DNA of 64,000 nucleotides, taken from Neodothiora populina. Taxonomy: Eukaryota. Shown here piece after piece: positions 59,801 through 64,000 of this stretch (the first letter of the stretch is position 1; each line of letters begins with the position of its first letter). The translations under genes and the position numbers were made by a program. Location: positions 1,054,001 to 1,118,000 of the forward strand of contig NW_027191408.1 of NCBI RefSeq assembly GCF_041146345.1, given 5' to 3'. A model generated the notes under the pieces. That model saw nothing but the letters and a program-made list of their open reading frames with translations. It did no database searches and was not told the origin of the DNA.

Positions 59801-62800
59801 CGGTGAAGCGCAGAAAATCGATCGTCTCATGTTGAAGTTTGCAGAAAGATATGTAACCGGTAACCCGAATGCCTTTGCCAATGCCGACACCGCTTATGTG
59901 CTTGCCTATTCGGTTGTCATGCTCAACACGGATCAGCACAGTGCTCAGGTGAAGCAGAGGATGACTGCGGAAGACTTTATCAAGAACAATCGCGGCATCA
60001 ACGATGGCCAGAGTTTGCCTGATGAATATCTTACGGCTATATTTGACGAAATCTCCAAGAACGAAATTGTTCTGAACACGGAACGAGAGAATGCGGCGAA
60101 CATGGGCATGCTAACGCAGCAGAACACTGGTCTCGCAGCCAACATCGGACAAGCCGTGGCTACATTCGGTCGCGATCTGCAAAGAGAAGCCGCTCAACAG
60201 GCTTCAGAAGAGATATCGAGTCGTACCGAGTTGCAATTCAAGAGTCTTCTGAAAGCCCAAAGGCGAGGCGCATTCAAGCTTGGCACTAAATTCATCACTG
60301 CGACATCGTTCAGACACATCGGTCCTATGTTCGACGCGACGTGGATGGCCTTTTTGACTGCATTGTCCGGTCAAGCCCAGGAAACCACCAACCTGGAGCG
60401 GGTCAGATTATGCATGGAAGGAATCAAGCTTGCTATTCGCATATCCTGCCTCTTCGATTTGCCAGATCCCCGCCAAGCTTTTGTTGGTTCGCTGGCTCGC
60501 TTCACAAATCTGTACAACTTCAGCGAGATGCAGGCCAAGAACGTCGAGGCGCTCAAGGCATTGATCGATGTCGCTGTGCACCAGGGCGATCTATTACGTG
60601 AGTCCTGGCGGGATATTCTGACGTCGATCAGTCAGCTCGACCGATTCCAGCTCATCTCGACTGGAGTCAACGAAGGTGATGTACCAGACGTTCTCAGGTC
60701 CGCAGCTGCGGCCGCTCCTCAGAATCGTAAGACACAAAATCTCCAGAAACATCGCAGCCGACAGTCCGTGTCGACCCTGAACTTTCACACCGCTGTCGCG
60801 GAAGAGAGTAGGTCGGCGGACATCATCCGTGGTGTTGACCGAATCTTCACCAGCACAGCAAAACTATCTGGTGATGCCATTGTACACTTTGTCCGTGCTC
60901 TGACGCAGGTGAGCTGGCAAGAGATCCAATCCTCTGGCCTCAGCGACTCCCCTCGGACATACAGTCTGCAGAAAATCGTCGAGATCTCAGGATACAACAT
61001 GACTCGTGTGCGTTTTGAGTGGACGAGGATATGGCAAATCCTTGGCAACCACTTCATCCAGGTTGGATGCCATAACAACACCAACGTCGTTTACTTTGCC
61101 CTCAACTCATTACGGCAGCTATCGATGAAATTCATGGAGCTCGAGGAACTACCTGGTTTCAAATTCCAGAAGGATTTCCTAAAGCCGTTCGAGCACATCC
61201 TCAACAACGCGAATCAGATCGCTGTAAAGGATATGGTGCTTCGATGTCTGATTCAGATGATTCAGGCGCGAGGTGACAACATTCGATCAGGCTGGAAGAC
61301 TATGTTCGGTGTGTTCACCGTTGCTGCTCGCGAGCCCTATGAGTCTATCGTGAATCTCGCCTACGACAACGTAACGCAGGTATATAATGACCGATTCGCG
61401 GTGGTCATCACACAAGGCGCATTTGCTGATCTGATCGTTTGCTTGACCGAATTTTCGAAGAACCACAAATTCCAGAAAAAGTCGTTGCAAGCTATCGAGG
61501 CATTGAAGATGTCTGTGCCGAAGATGCTGCGAACACCAGAATGCCCGCTCAGCATCAAGTCCAACACCGCCAAGGATGCTCCGGTGGCTGAGGGCTTGCC
61601 CAAGCAACCTACCCGACAAACCCAAGAGGAGCAGTACTGGTTCCCAGTATTGTTTGCGTTTCACGATGTTCTGATGACCGGAGAGGATCTCGAGGTTCGC
61701 TCAAGGTACGTATTGACTCACTGTACCTCATTATCACTCCAGCTGACCACTCCAGGGCACTAAACTATCTCTTCGACACACTGACTCGTTATGGCGGAGA
61801 TTTCCCTCGAGACTTCTGGGACACTTTATGGCGGCAACTTCTGTACCCGATCTTCATGGTGTTGAAATCCAAGTCCGAGATGTCCAAGGCACTAAATCAC
61901 GAAGAGTTGTCCGTCTGGCTTTCCACAACCATGATCCAGGCATTACGGAATATGATAAGCTTGTTCACTCACTTCTTTGAATCGCTCGAATACATGCTCG
62001 ATCGCTTCCTGGATCTATTAGCTCTTTGCATATGTCAAGAAAACGACACACTAGCAAGGATAGGCAGCAACTGCCTGCAACAACTCATCCTGCAGAACGT
62101 CACGAAGTTCACTGCAGGACACTGGGATCGGATAGTCGGTGCTTTCATTGACCTGTTCGCGCGGACGGAAGCCACCGCTCTCTTTTCTGCAGCGACATCG
62201 TCATCTTACCCACGCAAAGATTCGTCTGCGTCATCGACGAATGGCGCACCAGTCAGACCCAACTTGAGCGAAAGTGCGTCGGCAGATCCAGCGAACCCGG
62301 AGAACTCTCTTCCCATGAATGGCAGCTCTCCGGATCCCGAGGCCTCATCGATTGCACTGAGAAGCGGTCGACCGCGCGCTGGAACTGCAGCAACGATGCA
62401 CTCGTTCGACTCTGGCGATCTGGAATCATTCGCTCCCTCTCCCAACCCATCCCAGTCCACTGCAACAGTTCCCGTCACGGCTGCCCGTCGCCGCTTCTTC
62501 AACCAGATCATCACGAAATGTGTCTTACAGCTGCTGATGATAGAGACTGTGTCCGAGTTATTCTCGGTGGACTCGGTATACTCGTCTATCCCCTCGCACG
62601 AGCTTTTGCGTTTGATGGCGTTGTTGAAGAAGAGTTACCACTTCGCTCGTCGCTTCAACGAGGACCGGGATCTGAGAACACGACTCTTCCGCGAAGGCTT
62701 CATGCGTCAACCACCTAACCTGTTGAAACAAGAATCAGGATCCGCATCAGTCTACGTGAGCATACTACTACGCATGTTCGCCGACACAGGCGCCGAACGC

Positions 62801-63103
62801 CGTTCTTCGCGCGCGGAAACAGAAGCCGCATTGATCCCTCTGTGCGCCGACATCGTCCGCGCCTACATTTCGTTGGACGAAGAGACCCAACAGAGAAACA
62901 TCGTCACCTGGCGACCCGTCGTCGTCGACGTCCTCGAAGGCGTGGCCGGGTTCGAAGAAGCCGACTTTCGAAAACACACCGAGACGTTTGCGCCTCTAGC
63001 GGTCGGTCTCTTGGGCACGAGGGATCTGGGTCTGGAGCTGCAAAGGGCGGTTCAGGGCTTCTGGGCCAGGGTGTGCGAGGTTGGTCTCGGTGTCAAGATT
63101 TGA
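56820..63103 (+). CDS. SEC7: Arf guanine nucleotide exchange factor Sec7/BIG
   Basis: DCB (ALDCIGKLISY), HUS (YLNYDCD), Sec7 catalytic FRLPGEAQKIDR, HDS regions. Intron 61706-61755. Confidence 0.96.
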
Positions 63104-63604
63104 GATTTCTATGTTTTGTGGTGGACATCATGTAGAGGAAGAGAAAGAAGAAGAAGAAAAAGAATTTATTTTTATTATATTTTCAAACTGTGATTATATT
63201 CCACTATGTCCGCTGTTATAGTGTGGAGAAGGGAGTGGGACAGTTGGTGAAAGGGGATCGAGCTTTTTGGTTTTTTCCTTTTCTATATAGATATATATCT
63301 CTGTGTATGTGTACGTATGTATGTGTGTGTACACTGGTTACCGTCTCTTTCTTCCTCCTCTTCCTTCTCCTCACATCCTTGTCCTATAGACCCTTACGTA
63401 CGCCTATTCCTCGTCTTTCTCTCTATACGAGCGACTAGTTCTCACCATCTTCCAAGTCCTCGCCTTGCAAGCACCTACCTCCTTTCCCTTTATTCACATT
63501 CCTTGTCATCTTTTCACATCTCGCACACATAGTCCTGGAATCATACCTCACGATAGGCAAATCCATGCACAACACCGTACCTTCAAATTCTGTTTACGGT
63601 ACCA

Positions 63605-63645
63605 GACGATGACAAGACGATGACAAGAGTATGACAAGACGACAA
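63605..63645. repeat. Short tandem repeat, about 11-bp unit GACGATGACAA
   Basis: gacgatgacaa gacgatgacaa gagtatgacaa gacgacaa. Confidence 0.7.
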
Positions 63646-64000
63646 TCATCGCCAATCAGTTACATCGCAAAGTTGCGCACCCGCGAGCGCAGGGATACAG
63701 TATGACATTGACAAAACCTCTAGATCGAGTTCGAGTGCGCTGGTCGTGAGATTTGTCCACCGAGTGCTCCCGTTTGATTGGGTTTGGAGAGGGGTGGTGA
63801 GAAGTAGATACTGAGGTAGGAAGGTGGATGATTTATTGGAAGATAGATCGAAGTGAGGTGTAGATAGATGAATAGTAGACAGACAGATACATGGGTAGTC
63901 AAGCAGACAAATAATATGGAAACGGACAGATGAACATGGCGTCTACTAATGGACGGAGCGGTGAAACGATAGATGGATCAATAAAGACAGACAGAAAGGT

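Overview
This is 64 kb of an intron-containing filamentous ascomycete genome (Pezizomycotina; Dothideomycetes is only a guess from protein style). Conserved genes include CTF18, a BTB protein, a sarcosine/fructosyl-amine oxidase-like flavoenzyme, a Mug190-like SMP/C2 protein, a GST, a Zn2Cys6 transcription factor, La/LHP1, UCH37, an MDR oxidoreductase, Hsp88/SSE1, PDH E2 (LAT1) and SEC7. Two regions stand out. (1) About 8.2-18.6 kb holds four consecutive glycan-pathway genes: a PLOD-type glycosyltransferase-like membrane protein with degenerate motifs, UDP-glucose 6-dehydrogenase, a divergently transcribed TPT-family nucleotide-sugar transporter, and a second PLOD-type GT-like protein with intact motifs. 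This is a candidate uronic-acid/xylose glycan biosynthesis cluster. (2) About 33-47.7 kb, between LHP1 and Hsp88, is a fast-turnover island. It has a four-copy tandem BTB array (two copies disabled), three MC-x9-CxH...CxxC orphan proteins and several nonsense or frameshift relics surrounding UCH37. No tRNA, rRNA, transposon or CRISPR was recognised. All family calls come from motif recognition by eye, and splice models are inferred from GT-AG and branch-point signals.
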